Below the pieces are notes generated by a model that was not told the DNA's origin, made no database searches, and was given only the letters and a program-made list of their open reading frames with translations. Positions 1-15,444 of a DNA stretch of 64,000 nt are shown here, piece after piece (position 1 is the first letter of the stretch; each line of letters begins with the position of its first letter). The stretch is from Pecten maximus (Eukaryota). Location of the stretch: positions 29,450,001-29,514,000 of the forward strand of contig NC_047019.1 of NCBI RefSeq assembly GCF_902652985.1, given 5' to 3'. Position numbers and translations under genes: made by a program.

Positions 1-1285
1 TGCTACGGATAAAGATAATCAACTGTAATTACTATTGTATCAGATATAAATATTCGTATAGTGTCATTAAAGCAATTTCTCGACGTAATATTAAAATAAG
101 AATAAAAAACATTTTTCTCTTTATTAATATATTATAAGAATAGATAAGTAGAACACACTATTATCTATATTTTGGTTGCTAAGTTTATTGTTATAGTCTT
201 ATCTCATCATCAATACTACAAGAAAAGCAACAACAAAGAGAACGTATACACGAAACCGTAATTCTAGCTTAAGTTGATATAACAATGGCAGAATATAGAA
301 TTACATGAGAGCCTTGCGAACAAGGAAAATAGGGCCGTTTGGCCGGAAATTTAGGCAACCTATGTTGATAATACCCGCCGTGTAAATCAAGCTCAAATCA
401 TGGTCACTTCATGTTCTCAAAACAGAACCACCAGGCATATGAATGAAAGTCGTAAACACTACGTATTACTACACGAGGGATAAAAATAAATATAATTTTG
501 GTCACTTGGTAGACTTACCTACTGAGCGACACTGTACATGGAAAGTAAGACAAAGTCAAAGCGTAATGTAAATTATGTAAATATAGCGTAATTAATTCCT
601 AAAATTAAGTCATAAGTCTATAGAAAGGCGAATCATCCCATCTTTGACCTGGTGCAGAGTAACAGAGAACTGGTAGATAGGGGTACATTTCGACACGTTA
701 CAGTTTTGATTGACAAAATGAGCAGGAATGATTAATGATATCCAATGCCCGAAGCGAGCAGTCGACATGTGTTCAAATTTACATACATGCAGTAAAAGTG
801 CGATAAAAGATTCTAATGGCGAGAATCGTACTGGGAGTTGTTTGATGATTGACAAGAGGACTGACGAAATAGCTGCATCCTATTTCATCTCAATTGAACA
901 AGAGGTCTTATCAAAGACTTCTCCGTATTGGAAACAAGATGGCGCCGATTACTTTGGTATGAAACTGTCAAATTCCGTCACGGTCAGTCGTATTAATCTG
1001 ACGTTAGTTCGGTGTTAAGAAGAAAATCTGACAATTGCGGAATTTATTTCGGATGATCAAGAGACTGAATCATGGATGAATTTCTTTTCATATCTAAATA
1101 TATTATTGAGAACACGGATCATTGGACCCTTGAAACAACTACAGATACAAAAACTTCGTCCAGATCGAGGCTATATAATAAAGGCAAACATTTGATTTTA
1201 CTGAAGATCAAAGACACCTGATACCAATATTGACATTTTGTCTCTAGTACTGATTCCGTTCTAAATAAATACACCATGACTAGTG

Positions 1286-1314
1286 CAAGCCAAGCCAAGC
1301 CAAGCCAAGCCAAG
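1286..1314 (+). repeat. (CAAGC)n pentanucleotide microsatellite
   Basis: ~6 direct copies. Confidence 0.85.
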
Positions 1315-2479
1315 AAGCTGAGGTGTGACGCGTAAATCTGGAAAATGTGGTTAACAGAAAAGAGCTCTGTAAATTGAAAACAAGTCATCTTGATGTTTGA
1401 AATTTCACTGTGGAATCGACTCAGTGGGATCTACTGTAAATGTCTTGTCTTTACAGGTAGTAGTATGCCTTTATGATGTTTATGGGAGTAATGATTGTTG
1501 TTTTACGTCCTCCAAAACTACCCGTCTACCATATAGATGTGTATTATCTGTTGATATGTATAATATGTACTAGTTAATCAAAACACGTCACCAAAGTGTG
1601 GGAGTACGGACCTGAACCATGTTGCCCCCACCTTGTGTGAAGCACGTGTAATTGATAGTCCCCATACGGCCAGTCAGTTGTGTAACTAATTAGCTCTGGA
1701 CGTGCAATAGTCAGCACGTGCTGATAAATGCTCTTTCTGCAATATGTTTGTGTAATCATAGCAGCACCTTCATGGCCACTCTAACATGTCACACCCCGTG
1801 TTACGGCTTCGGCAGTGACAACATGTGGGGACAAGGAGCCGGTGGGTGGTACAACGTAAGGGATCCTGGAACTATATTCTCAATCACACAGATATCCTTC
1901 CGCTCCAGCTGTAATACCTACTGGGAACAGGTGTCTCCGAACTCATTACGTAACACACATTTCTTGTATCGAATTCTTTCAAAATGCTATTTAAGATTTA
2001 CAGCAAGTGTAATTTGACGAATTTCATTTTTTCTGTGCTTGCGTGTTTTTTTTTTAAACTTTGGAACCATATTGAGAACATTTATTGGACGAATGGTGTT
2101 AATATCATCCATCTATCTTTCCCCTAACATTAGCAAACAAATTCCAAATTGATCTGTTTTACTTTACGAATTCCGGATTGGTCGGTATCACGAAGCAACT
2201 CCGTGTCAATTCCAGATAGCTCAGTTTCACCCAACAACTCAAAAAAGTTCAAGACCATGTGACTGGTTTAGGATGATTGACAAGTGTCCTACTATTTATG
2301 AAGTAATGACTTAGCAATGTGGAGACATGATAAAAGCATGTCAAACAAAAGTATACTGTCTAACTTATCGTTGGAAATGTAGGAGAGTCATCCGACCACA
2401 AATACAGTACAGAAATTCAAAACCACGAACAAACAAAACGTACCTGTGTACTGAAGGCGCTGCCTAGTAAAGGTGAAAG

Positions 2480-2845
2480 GCATAATATCACTGCTTATGG
2501 AAGACAAAAGGCATTAAAGTACCTAATTACTGAAGAAAAGGGGTATAACGCCACTAATTACTGAAGAAAAAGAATCCGAAAAAAAGATAATATGTACAAC
2601 TTCAGTGTTATCTCAACACAATAGTCACAACGTCACTGCTACTCAAGACAATAAGTAAAATATCACTGATATCTCAAGGCAAAAGGCACTTCGTCACTGC
2701 TGTCTTAAGACAATAGGCACAACGTCACTGCGCACTGTTATCTCAAGACAATAGGCACAATGTCACTGCTATCTGAAGGCAAAATGATAGAATATCACTG
2801 CTTACTGGTGACAAGGAATGTAACGTCATTTCTTAATGAAGGCAA
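2480..2845 (+). repeat. Degenerate ~31-bp minisatellite
   Basis: Recurrent TCACTGCT..CTCAAGACAATAGGCACAAC-like units, ~11 copies. Confidence 0.7.
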
Positions 2846-5399
2846 ATTAAACGACACAAATATACTCCATTGTTTTACCAGAATATGATTTTGGTTTCAT
2901 AAGTCATTGTCCTGCATTTAATTGATAACTGTATGTTCCATAAAATGATTGCAAAAATAGTATCGGTCAAAATCAACAACGAAAAGATATATGAATGATG
3001 TGCATGTATATCATTTTATATCAAATGGCCCCTTCTAACTTTTTCATAGCTGCTCTCACAATTTATTGTTATTGGATGTACATCTGCATTACAATGTATA
3101 GATTAAATATCGAAAATAAACTCCCGATCTTCATAGGTAATTTCACACGTACGAACTAGCCCGAAATTATTATATTTACACATGCGTTGGGCTGTGTTCA
3201 AACCCACTGTATGTATGTTTACGCATTGAAGAATACAAACGTAAACAGAACTACTTGCCTAAAATCACCATTCCTTGAAAAACGAATTAAAAGGTACATA
3301 ATTTAAAAAAGTAATAGTGTACCTATATTCAAGAAAATAGTTGTAAGCAATTCTAGCAGTAATGGAAATAAAATTTAGGCTTTAAAATTTTAACGACCTT
3401 GTTCCAAGCGGACGCTATATAGGAATTTGTCATCTGCAAACGACGCCAGTATTGACATCATGAATACAGCTGTGGCCGATTCCTTCGGAATTTCTGCGTC
3501 ACCTGGGGATGAACTGGAGCATAATACCGGATATACTGAGATTTCTATAGAATTGAGTTTGGTAGAGTGGAATAATATTAAAGCACACAAAGTAGTATGC
3601 AGATACCCCCCCCCCAAATAAAAAAAGGAAAATATGGACGAGAGAATGGAATTTTTATTTTCCTGAATTCTCCTCTGGATATCATAATTGTGGGTAATAT
3701 CATCACTACCGAGTTACATGAAGTTCCTTAGAAAGAAGACCCAGCTGTGTGACGCAGTTTTATACGTAACTACTGTGTCTTCACTGGTCCTTCCAGTGGA
3801 ACCTCGTCGTTCGATATAGACGGCGCCATTAGGTAGTATTTTATAATGGCCGGTACTGGACCGGGAGAAAAGTCGCCAACATTACATTTTTACTAACAGG
3901 AGGAGGTGTTTTATTACCACACATAATTCCAAGACGAAACCAACGTGTCAAAATTAGCATTAAAAAAGAAATAGAAGAATGGCACGTAATATTACTGAGG
4001 ATAGGAAAGCTTTCTAATGTCATCCATTAAAGGCGGTTTTGTGGGGGACGTGAAAAATGTAATGTACTCTCATTAATCATTTAAAGGACATTTAACAAAT
4101 CCTTAAGTAGGAAAAAAATTATGATAATGAAATGGCACTTACTGGTCTAGCTAGCTGACATTGTATTAAAGAGTTGTGTTAATGTGTTACATCTCCTGTA
4201 ACAGTAGGAGGTCCGTCCTTAATGATCAGAGCCATCCATCTTGTGCAAATAAGGATGTGCTTACAACGCGTATTGTTCCACGGTCTACTTAGTACGTTAG
4301 AAAACAGCCAGCCTAAAGTATCTCAGAACTAACATTATACATTATGTATACTATTTACATATGATTTAGTATGAATATCAACAATTATGTTAATCACTGC
4401 ACAAGAGGTTGAAGTCCCCGATGAATAAAAGGGAGTTCTGGTGACAGAATTTGTTTGTATCAAGAAATCTAGAATCTTTGCAGGAAACTACAGACTTATC
4501 AGCATATTTTTTCTTGTAAATCTCTGCAGTGATATCGTAACCCCAAACTTTTCGCCAATGGCGTGGGTTGCGCAACTCTTTGAGATCATGGAGACACCGT
4601 TGAAGGGGGGAAAACACTGACAGTTCTCCCAACGCCAGACTGGTGTTCACCAACTCCGAGGCTGAAGACAGAGGGAGAGGAAATTGAATCTTTGTCGTTG
4701 TTTGCACATTTCCGAATGTCTTATGGCATCGTGAATAGCGATTTTACATTGACCTTTGTGGTTGTGCCATTGTTCGTGACGTCATATTTCGTCTGACTAA
4801 AAAAACAGAGTTGTATATCCTCAATACTTTATAACTGTTATTGCTGTCTTTGAAATATCATTGATTAAAATTTAATAGTTTTGTTCATTGAAAGGATTGA
4901 AGGAGACATTTCTTGAACTTCTTTTCTGGAGCACAAAGGCTTCCTCCGCAATAATTGGATGCATTGTGTCCTTATAGTATAGTAATACCATATGAAAGTC
5001 TGTGGTGTCCAATGCATTACGTAGTTTTGTTATTAAGGTGTAAAATTTCGTCATTCTGGTTAGGTTACATGAAGGAAGCCACTGACCCATTAGAAAAAGA
5101 AGGGAACACGTACTTAATATGTATGTATATCAATATTTAATCAAGGATAACTGCATTTCACCATTTTATCGACGTTAGATTATTAGTGATGTTGATGACT
5201 TTCCATATAAAACGAAATAACATGATTTTTCAGCACTATGTTTTAAAAACTAACGATTTTGTCAAAGTGATTGGAATAATGACCAGCTATATCTACGTGC
5301 ACGGTGTATCGTACCAAAATTTACAGCATTCCTGGAAGTGCCGGAGATTAGTTCTAGGTATAAACTGTTTTTATCTGCGATACTAGCAATTGGTCGGAT

Positions 5400-5590
5400 A
5401 TGCAAAGGTGGCAAGTATGTATACCTACTGTCCAGGTCTAATACCGAGTATCCCAACAATGTAGCGTAACCATACGTCCTGGTTCATGACTCACCGACAG
5501 GTACCAGTATGTAACCCTGCGACCCTGGTGATACCACTGACGCCCAACATGGGTCAGCACTACAGACCACGAGGCTATCCGGGCTGGCCG
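5400..5590 (-). mobile_element. Degenerate tRNA-derived SINE head
   Basis: Minus strand GCCCGGATAGCCTCGTGGTCTGTAGTGCTG (A-box-like TAGCNNNGTGG), followed by GGTCGCAGGGTT (decayed B-box region). Confidence 0.35.
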
Positions 5591-8500
5591 TATATAACAT
5601 TCTTATTTAGGGTTTGACTTTAATAGTGACGGACAGATGAGGACAGTTCCCGCTGTGGTAGGGCGGGATATGCTGAGTAGTGGAAGGACATTGCCCAGTG
5701 TTCCTTAGAACATTACATCAAGTTAGCGCACGCCAGTTAACTCGCAGTAGGAAAACGATTCTGGTCATGGCCGTAGCTGGGCAGACTAATAAAAAACTAG
5801 TTATAATAAATCTATCTTAGATTTGTTGAACAGCGTGAAAGGAATCCGGAAAGCCTAAAAATGAACACTCTCTGGTTTACCTAGCGGGCTAACAGTCTAA
5901 ACCTATGGCCAAGTACACAAAACAGCTCTGGTCAAGGACGGCGTACTTCCGGTTCTGAAGTCGGTGAAAGTGATTGCAAACAGGTAATATGATCGCTGAT
6001 TTGCTCACGGGATGAATATATTGAGTAGGTGTTCTAGACTTAAACCAGATGTCGGCAGAATAAAGAAGTACCAAGTTGAAAAGCCTTGAATATCAACCGT
6101 AAACCAAGCTAGGTGTTTGTTTGATATGGTACAAGACGTAAAGTACATTTTTAAAGAATGTCAACATTTGACAGGGTACAAAATATGAGATATAAAACAG
6201 ACCGATTTTGATTTTGATAATATCAAGATGCACATTCAATCCATTTTTTTTCAAAGTTTCGAACCATATTTTAAACATATCTTTATCAACATGTTTTAAG
6301 CAAATGAAAAATAGATATTTCTTTAGAAACATTATTCATGTATAAAAACTATGCTTGTTTCTCCTAAAACAACAGTCTGTGTTTCATACACAATATCAAT
6401 GGGAAACCAATATGATAATTACAGTGTAGAATTGGCAAGGAGGGCGATTATTGAGCACGAGCCGCCGAACTATTGCCAAGCTTCAGACCCGTCTGCCAAA
6501 ATATCTCCGCCTACGTTATACATCATCTGTACCCGGTACCTATAACTATGACATCGGGTGACGTCATGTATTGTCACCAGAAAGGAGGTTCGAACACTCA
6601 AATTGACCGAGGATAAGGACCATCTGGGGCGTACACAGGCAAAATGTCTTGAGGTAAATGATGTCCGGGAATAAATATTTATGGGCTGGTCAAGCACCGT
6701 GGGAATATATATTTTGAATTTGTGACATGATAGATCATATCACCTCGAGGTCCTGGTTTGGGAAGCATCTGCTTAGAATTGCAGGGCTAATGTTATCCAT
6801 CTCCAATTCTAAACCCGAAAACTTTCTTTCATATCACTATCAACAACAATGCAGTGTTCTTACCGCAATCGTAATGACAAAACCAATATAACCTCAAATA
6901 CATCGGAACTAAAAGTCTGGTTATAGTCATAACTCAATATTGTAATAAAGAATATGGACATTACCCCATATAGAATTTATCACTAATAACAAAGTCGAAA
7001 GAGTATGGATTTTGACGTCTATCAACTCTGATTTAAGTTATTACTGAATACAGTGTATATGTATCTGAAATTGACAACACAAAAACACACCTGTTGAGAA
7101 TTCCATCGTCGACAGATTGGGACTGACATTTACTAATACAGTTATCGGTTATCACTCTTGTATCGGTATCAGAGTCATCTGTAGACTTAGTATATCATCA
7201 TTAGATTAATTCAGATAATTACTGAAGCGAAATGTTCACATTGCACGTCACCAGCAGTACTCGTGCCCATGCGCAGGGTTGCCAAGGTTACATTACGGCA
7301 CAGAATATGCTGCTCGCAGGGATTCATATCTTTACATCGACTTTGGTAATTCATATTTAAAACATAATTTTTCCACAGGTATCAAGTTCCAGAATCGTCC
7401 ATTTTTTTCATTACGTACATTTGTTTCTTCACGTGGTGTGACTGTGTCTTGAGAAGCCCAATTTAACACAGTTCTCATAACATCGTTAATTAAGAAATTA
7501 GCCTTTCTAATTAAACTCTGTTGGTTAATCCAGCCTTTATAGGTTTCCAGTTTACCCCCCGTGAAATTTGTGCAAAACAGTGAAATTGGCATCATAAATT
7601 TGCTGTATGTTATTCTTTAAATTGTCTTAATTGGTACCCAGCTACGACCCGACTTGGCGTTACACCGACTCGGCACAACGCCTTGTAGTAGATATTGACG
7701 TATACTTGACTTCACATCATGGGCCTATTACACTTCGCTTGAACCACTCCGTTCTCCTAATTTGTTTCCTAAGCAGATACAGTGAAACAAAATTTGCTGC
7801 AACTTATTAGGGAAATATAGCCGAGGTAGCAGGTGTCCGTTTGTCAGTTTTACACGCATTATATGGCAGCAAGGCGGATTTTAAAAGCACGGCAAAAACA
7901 CGCAAGCCAATCACTATTCCAGTAAAGTGTTTGCATAAAAAATAATGCCATATAAACTTTCATTACATGGTGCTTTCATTTTTCAATAAATTTAATATTC
8001 AAATGTGTCAATACGTACACCGTTGAACGATATTTAAACTTTAATAACAAGTTTTGGTAATTAAAAACGTAAAATAAAATCTGAAAACACTGTTGGGAAC
8101 ATCCAAAGGTAATGAGAAACATGCTTGGGGCAGTCAGTGAGAACGTCTCGCACAAATTAATACCAGTATTTGGGAACCTGTGGACATGCACAGTAATGTG
8201 TACATGATTGGTAGGCATTACTTTTAGCTTCATTGATAAAATGTCCAACATGATTTGATTTCGAACCCTGACAATTCCATCAACACCTGTTATAGCGCAT
8301 TGGCCGTCTCGTTGAGTGGGTAAAAGTTCGCGGAATCCACTTGCCATCGCGAGGAGAAATTCCCTTGGGTTAGAGACTCTTGATAAGGACTAATAATAGG
8401 CTTTTATTAAGGCTCTTTAAAATGTTTTGAATACAAGAAGAATCAGCGATGCTGAACTCGTTTTATCCGACGCGTAAAATTGACAACATTTACAGTAAAT

Positions 8501-9588
8501 TATTCACATGGTAACCCCAAACCAATATTTAATTCTAACGTGATTAAGTATAGAGCCAGCTCTAACCCAACACCAACAGTCCCTTTCCAAGTATTGTGAT
8601 TTAAGTAATAATACCGAAGTACTTTACTAGTATAGCAAATATCGTAATGACCTTTTATTAAGTGCTTCTTTGAGTCACTACGTAGTAGACATATACCATA
8701 AGTATGAGACATATACTATAAGTAGTAGATATATACTAATTGATAGAGTGTTATTCCTCCCTGTATTGATATTTTCCGTGTTTGACCTTTCCTGTGAGTA
8801 TTATAGAGGAGAAAGGATAAAGCAATAACATGCATTTGAATTATAGTTTTTGAGTCAACTCCAATCGATCTCCTTTGAGAGTCTATGGATAAAATATATG
8901 TGAACACATGTCGTACGAACTAGCAGTATAGAGCACCAATTTCTAACTTACCAGTGGAAATAAATGAGATCACGCGGTGTAGATATTCTATTTGATGTCA
9001 ATCGTGCATCTTACCTGGACATGGATCTTACATTTTCATTAAAACTTGATTAGGTGAGCACGACTTTTAGGTTTTAGAGGATACATGATAAGTAAGGCCG
9101 AGTAACACTGCAGTAACCATGTACTCCACAAACACAGGAAATCGGGGGAAATATCAATTTCTTTTTAAATATGTGGACTTATCATGTCAGCGTAAGGAAA
9201 ACCATTACCAGATTTTAGTACGGGATATTTAGTGTTACGGACGGCGAGGAGATTTTAACAGGGTCTGCCCTTGTCTGTAGTTCGCGTGGAGAAGGGTGTC
9301 GGTGAAATCCCAAACTAATCAGGGAATGTCAAAACATATATACAAAAGAGAACGTGTTAAATTTTTGAATTCTATATTTACCTTTAACTATCCAAGTTAT
9401 GCATTCATACGTCAAGGTTATACTGATGATCGCCTCATTGTATTACCCAGCCCATATCTATTCCCGTAGACAGTTTGAAATAACATCTACTATTTATAAA
9501 TATGAAAAAACACTAAAATAAAAACGCCTTGTATTCAGCTCTCTTGTATGGTGATTGTCGACGGTGAAGCAGAAGACGCTTAATCTTC

Positions 9589-9950
9589 GGAACGCCTGGT
9601 CTTAATCTCATGGTATTGTTTCAAGGAACGCCAGGTCTTAATCTCATGGTAATGTTTTAAGGTACGCCTGGTATTAATCTCATTGTTTTGTTTTCGGAAC
9701 GCCTGGTATTAATCTCATGGTATTGTTTCAAGGAACGCCTGGTCTTAGTCTCATTGTTTTGTTTCAAGGAACGCCTGGTCTTAATCTCATGGTATTGTTT
9801 CAAGGAACGCCTGGTCTTAATATCATGGTATTGTTTCAAGGAACGCCTGGTCTTAATCTCATGGTATTGTTTCAAGGAACGCCTGGTCTTAATCTCATGG
9901 TATTGTTTCAAGGAACGCCTGGGCTTAATCTCATGGTATTGTTTCAAGGA
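9589..9950 (+). repeat. 36-bp minisatellite, ~10 copies
   Basis: Unit GGAACGCCTGGTCTTAATCTCATGGTATTGTTTCAA. Confidence 0.97.
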
Positions 9951-10194
9951 TATCCGTCCAAATCCCTATTTTTAATCATATGCACTCTTTTTATCTATTT
10001 TGAGTTTGAATTTTGGTTTTGCTTTTGTGTCGATATTCTTTGTTACGTTTCTATTATTTTATTCATATTTAAATGAACTTTTTATGTTTATGTCTTTGAG
10101 ATCCTTTGAGAATGGAGTAAGCATGCAAATTTTTTAGTTGGCCCTCGCTAGCCCTTACCCATCATGGGTATTCTCTTCATAGATCTCTCAATCT

Positions 10195-13100
10195 AGACCT
10201 TATTACCTTATGGAGCAGGAGTTGTTACCTTATGGAGTAGGCCTTGCTACCTTATAGAGTAGGAGTTGTTACCTTATGGAGTAGGAGTTGTTACCTTATG
10301 GAGTAGGAGTTGTTACCTTATAGAGTAGGAGTTGTTACCTTATAGAGTAGGAGTTGTTACCTTATGGAGTAGGAGTTGTTACCTTATAGAGTAGGAGTTG
10401 TTACCTTATAGAGTAGGAGTTGTTACCTTATAGAGTAGGAGTTGTTACCTTATAGAGTAGAGTTGTTACCTTATAGAGTAGGAGTTGTTACCTTATAGAG
10501 TAGGCCTTGTTACCTTATAGAGTAGGAGTTGTTACCTTATAGAGTAGGAGTTGTTACCTTATGGAGTAGGAGTTGTTACCTTATAGAGTAGGAGTTGTTA
10601 CCTTATAGAGTAGGAGTTGTTACCTTATGGAGTAGGAGTTGTTACCTTATGGAGTAGGAGTTGTTACCTTATAGAGTAGGAGTTGTTACCTTATAGAGTA
10701 GGAGTTGTTACCTTATAGAGTAGGAGTTGTTACCTTATGGAGTAGGAGTTGTTACCTTATAGAGTAGGAGTTGTTACCTTATGGAGTAGACCTTGTTACC
10801 TTATGGAGTAGACCTTGTTACCGTATGGAGTAGGAGTTGTTACCTTATGGAGTAGGAGTTGTTACCTTATGGAGTAGGAGTTGTTACCTTATAAAGTAGA
10901 CCTTGTTACCTTATGGAGTAGACCTTGTTACCTTATGGAATAGACCTTGTTACCTTATGGAGTAGGAGTTGTTACCTTATGGAGTAGACCTTGTTACCTT
11001 ATAGAGTAGGAGTTGTTACCTTATGGAGCATACCTTGTTACCTTATGGAGTAGGAGTTGTTACCTTATGGAGTATACCTTGTTACCTTATAGAGTAGGAG
11101 TTGTTACCTTATAGAGTAGGAGTTGTTACCTTATAGAGTAGGAGTTGTTACCTTATAGAGTAGGAGTTGTTACCTTATAGAGTAGGAGTTGTTACCTTAT
11201 AGAGTAGGAGTTGTTAGTTAACTTATGGAGTAGACCTTGTTACCTTATGGAGTAGACCTTGTTACCTTATGGAGTAGACCTTGTTACCTTATAGAGTAGG
11301 AGTTGTTACCTTATAGAGTAGGAGTTGTTACCTTATAGAGTAGGAGTTGTTACCTTATAGAGTAGGAGTTGTTACCTTATGGAGTAGGAGTTGTTACCTT
11401 ATAAAGTAGGAGTTGTTACCTTATGGAGTAGGAGTTGTTACCTTATGGAGTAGACCTTGTTACCTTATAGAGTAGACCTTGTTACTTATGGAGTAGACCT
11501 TGTTACCTTATAGAGTAGGAGTTGTTACCTTATGGAATAGGAGTTGTTACCTTATGGAATAGACCTTGTTACCTTATGGAGTATACCTTGTTACCTTATA
11601 GAATAGGCCTTGTTACCTTATAGAGTAGGAGTTGTTACCTTCAAGAGTAGGAGTTGTTACCTTATAGAGTAGGAGTTGTTACCTTATGGAGTAGGAGTTG
11701 TTACCTTATGGAGTAGGAGTTGTTACCTTATAGAGTAGGAGTTGTTACCTTATGGAATAGACCTTGTTACCTTATGGAGTATACCTTGTTACCTTATGGA
11801 ATAGGAGTTGTTACCTTATGGAATAGACCTTGTTACCTTATGGAGTATACCTTGTTACCTTATAGAATAGGCCTTGTTACCTTATAGAGTAGGAGTTGTT
11901 ACCTTATAGAGTAGGCCTTGTTACCTTATAGAGTAGGAGTTGTTACCTTAAAGAGTAGGAGTTGTTACCTTATGGAGTAGGAGTTGTTACCTTATGGAGT
12001 AGGAGTTGTTACCTTATAGAGTAGGAGTTGTTACCTTAAAGAGTAGGAGTTGTTACCTTATGGAGTAGGAGTTGTTACCTTATGGAGTAGGAGTTGTTAC
12101 TTTATAGAGTAGGAGTTGTTACCTTATAGAATAGGAGTTGTTACCTTATGGAGTAGGAGTTGTTACCTTATAGAGTAGGAGTTGTTACCTTATAGAGTAG
12201 GAGTTGTTACCTTATAGAATAGGAGTTGTTACCTTATGGAGTAGGAGTTGTTACCTTATAGAGTAGGAGTTGTTACCTTATAGAGTAGGAGTTGTTACCT
12301 TATAGAGTAGGAGTTGTTACCTTATGGAGTAGGAGTTGTTACCTTATAGAGTAGGAGTTGTTACCTTATAGAGTAGGAGTTGTTACCTTATAGAGTAGGC
12401 CTTGTTACCTTATAGAGTAGGAGTTGTTACCTTCAAAAGTAGGAGTTGTTACCTTATAGAGTAGGAGTTGTTACCTTAAAGAGTAGGAGTTGTTACCATA
12501 TGGAATAGGAGTTGTTATCTTATAGAGTAGGAGTTGTTACCTTATGGAGTAGACCTTGTTACCTTATAGAGTAGGAGTTGTTACCTTAAAGAGTAGGAGT
12601 TGTTACCTTATAGAGTAGGAGTTGTTACCTTATAGAGTAGGAGTTGTTATCTTATAGAGTAGGCCTTGTTACCTTATGGAATAGGCCTTGTTACCTTATA
12701 GAGTAGGAGTTGTTACCTTAAAGAGTAGGAGTTGTTACCTTATAGATTAGGAGTTGTTACCTTATAGATTAGGAGTTGTTACCTTATGGAGTAGGAGTTG
12801 TTACCTTATAGATTAGGAGTTGTTACCTTATGGAGTAGGAGTTGTTACCTTATGGAGTAGGAGTTGTTACCTTATGGATTAGGAGTTGTTACCTTATGGA
12901 GTAGGAGTTGTTACCTTATGGAGTAGACCTTGTTACCTTATAGAGTAGACCTTGTTACCTTATGGAGTAGACCTTGTTACCTTATGGAGTAGGAGTTGTT
13001 ACCTTATAGAGTAGGAGTTGTTACCTTATGGAATAGACCTTGTTACCTTATGGAGTATACCTTGTTACCTTATGGAATAGGAGTTGTTACCTTATAAAGT

Positions 13101-14460
13101 AGACCTTGTTACCTTATGGAGTAGACCTTGTTACCTTATAGAGTAGGAGTTGTTACCTTATAGAGTAGGAGTTGTTACCTTATAGAGTAGGAGTTGTTAC
13201 CTTATGGAGTAGACCTTGTTACCTTATGGAGTAGACCTTGTTACCTTATAGAGTAGACCTTGTTACCTTATAGAGTAGGAGTTGTTACCTTATAGAGTAG
13301 GAGTTGTTACCTTATAGAGTAGGAGTTGTTATCTTATGGAGTAGGAGTTGTTACCTTATAGAGTAGGAGTTGTTACCTTATAGAGTAGGAGTTGTTACCT
13401 TATAGAGTAGGAGTTGTTACCTTATAGAGTAGGCCTTGTTACCTTATGGAGTAGGAGTTGTTACCTTATAGAGTAGGAGTTGTTACCTTATAGAGTAGGA
13501 GTTGTTACCTTATAGAGTAGGAGTTGTTACCCTATAGAGTAGGAGTTGTTACCTTATAGAGTAGGAGTTGTTACCTTATAGAGTAGGCCTTGTTACCTTA
13601 TGGAATAGACCTTGTTACCTTATGGAGTAGGAGTTGTTACCTTATAGAGTAGGCCTTGTTACCTTATGGAGTAGGAGTTGTTACCTTATAGAGTAGGAGT
13701 TGTTACCTTATAGAGTAGGAGTTGTTACCTTATAGAGTAGGAGTTGTTACCTTATAGAGTAGGAGTTGTTACCTTATAGAGTAGGAGTTGTTACCTTATA
13801 GAGTAGGAGTTGTTACCTTATAGAGTAGGAGTTGTTACCTTATAGAGTAGGAGTTGCTACCTTATAGAGTAGGAGTTGTTACCTTATAGAGTAGGAGTTG
13901 TTACCTTATGGAGTAGGAGTTGTTACCTTATAGAGTAGGAGTTGTTACCTTATAGAGTAGGAGTTGCTACCTTATGGAGTAGGAGTTGTTACCTTATAGA
14001 GTAGGAGTTGTTACCTTATAGAGTAGGAGTTGTTACCTTATAGAGCAGGAGTTGTTACCTTATAGAGTAGGAGTTGTTACCTTATAGAGTAGGCCTTGTT
14101 ACCTTATAGAGTAGGAGTTGTTACCTTATAGAGTAGGAGTTGTTACCTTATAGAGTAGGAGTTGTTACCTTATAGAGTAGGAGTTGTTACCTTATAGAGT
14201 AGGAGTTGTTACCTTATAGAGTAGGAGTTGTTACCTTATAGAGTAGGAGTTGTTACCTTATAGAGTAGGAGTTGCTACCTTATAGAGTAGGAGTTGTTAC
14301 CTTATGGAGTAAACCTTGTTACCTTATGGAGTAGGCCTTGTTACCTTATGGAGTAGACCTTGTTACCTTATAGAGTAGGAGTTGTTACCTTATGGAGTAG
14401 GAGTTGTTACCTTATAGAGTAGGAGTTGTTACCTTATGGAGTAGGAGTTGTTACCTTATA
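10195..14460 (+). repeat. 22-bp satellite, ~190 copies (degraded tail to ~14720)
   Basis: Unit CCTTATAGAGTAGGAGTTGTTA, with variants TATGG and AGACC/AGGCC. Confidence 0.99.
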
Positions 14461-14940
14461 GATGAGTGTTACCTAGGAGTAGGAGTGTTCCATAGAGTGG
14501 AGTGTACCTAGGAGTAGGATTGTACCTTAAGAGTAGGAGTGTCCTAGGAGAGGAGTTTTACCTTATGGAGTAGGAGTGTTACCTATAAGTAGGAGTGTAC
14601 ATGGAATGCGTACCTAGGAGTAGGAGGTTACCATAGATAGGAGGTACGAGAGAGTACCATAAGAGGTGTCAGATAGAGAGAGTTTTCCATATATGTACTT
14701 AGGTAGAGGACCTAGGAGTAGCTGACCTGTGGAGAGACAGAGGTACCATGCGTGATTAGGTCAACGAACGACATAATAACCATATAACAGGAAAAATATT
14801 TGGAGACTCTAAATAATGAGAATAGTAGGTGCGAAAGAAACTCTTGCTCTAAACAAAGTTAGGCACACGTTACCTCAATCTTAGGCAAATAAAATAGTCC
14901 AAGACGTACCATGATGTCCGCCATAAAACTGTCCACACAA

Positions 14941-15444
14941 TACATACCATGCAGATCTAGGTCACGACGACACATACCATACAGATCTAGGTCACGACGT
15001 CACTTACCATACAGATCTAGGTCACGACGTCACATACCATACATATCTAGGTCACAACGACACATACCATGCAGATCTAGGTCACGACGACACATACCAT
15101 ACATATCTAGGTCACGACGACACATACCATACAGATCTAGGTCACGACGACACATACCATACAGATCTAGGTCACAACGACACATACCATACAGATCTAG
15201 GTTACGACGACGCATACCATACATATCTAGGTCACGACGACACATACCATACATATCTAGGTCACGACGACACATACCATACATATCTAGGTCACGACGT
15301 CACATACCATACATATCTAGGTCACGACGACACATACCATTCATATCTAGGTCACGACGACACACAGCATACAGATCTAGGTCACGACGACACATACCAT
15401 ACATATCTAGGTCACGACGACACATACCATACATATCTAGGTCA
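14941..15444 (+). repeat. 30-bp minisatellite, ~17 copies
   Basis: Unit CACATACCATACA(G/T)ATCTAGGTCACGACGA. Confidence 0.97.

Noticed and set aside
728-8347. Short ORFs of 60-123 aa (e.g. 728-1018, 1718-2017, 4390-4707, 7976-8347)
   Set aside because: No recognisable domains and no consistent splice-phase chain; consistent with random ORFs.
9657-10076. Repetitive ORFs on both strands
   Set aside because: 36-bp minisatellite translation. The same applies to the 37897-38391 ORFs.
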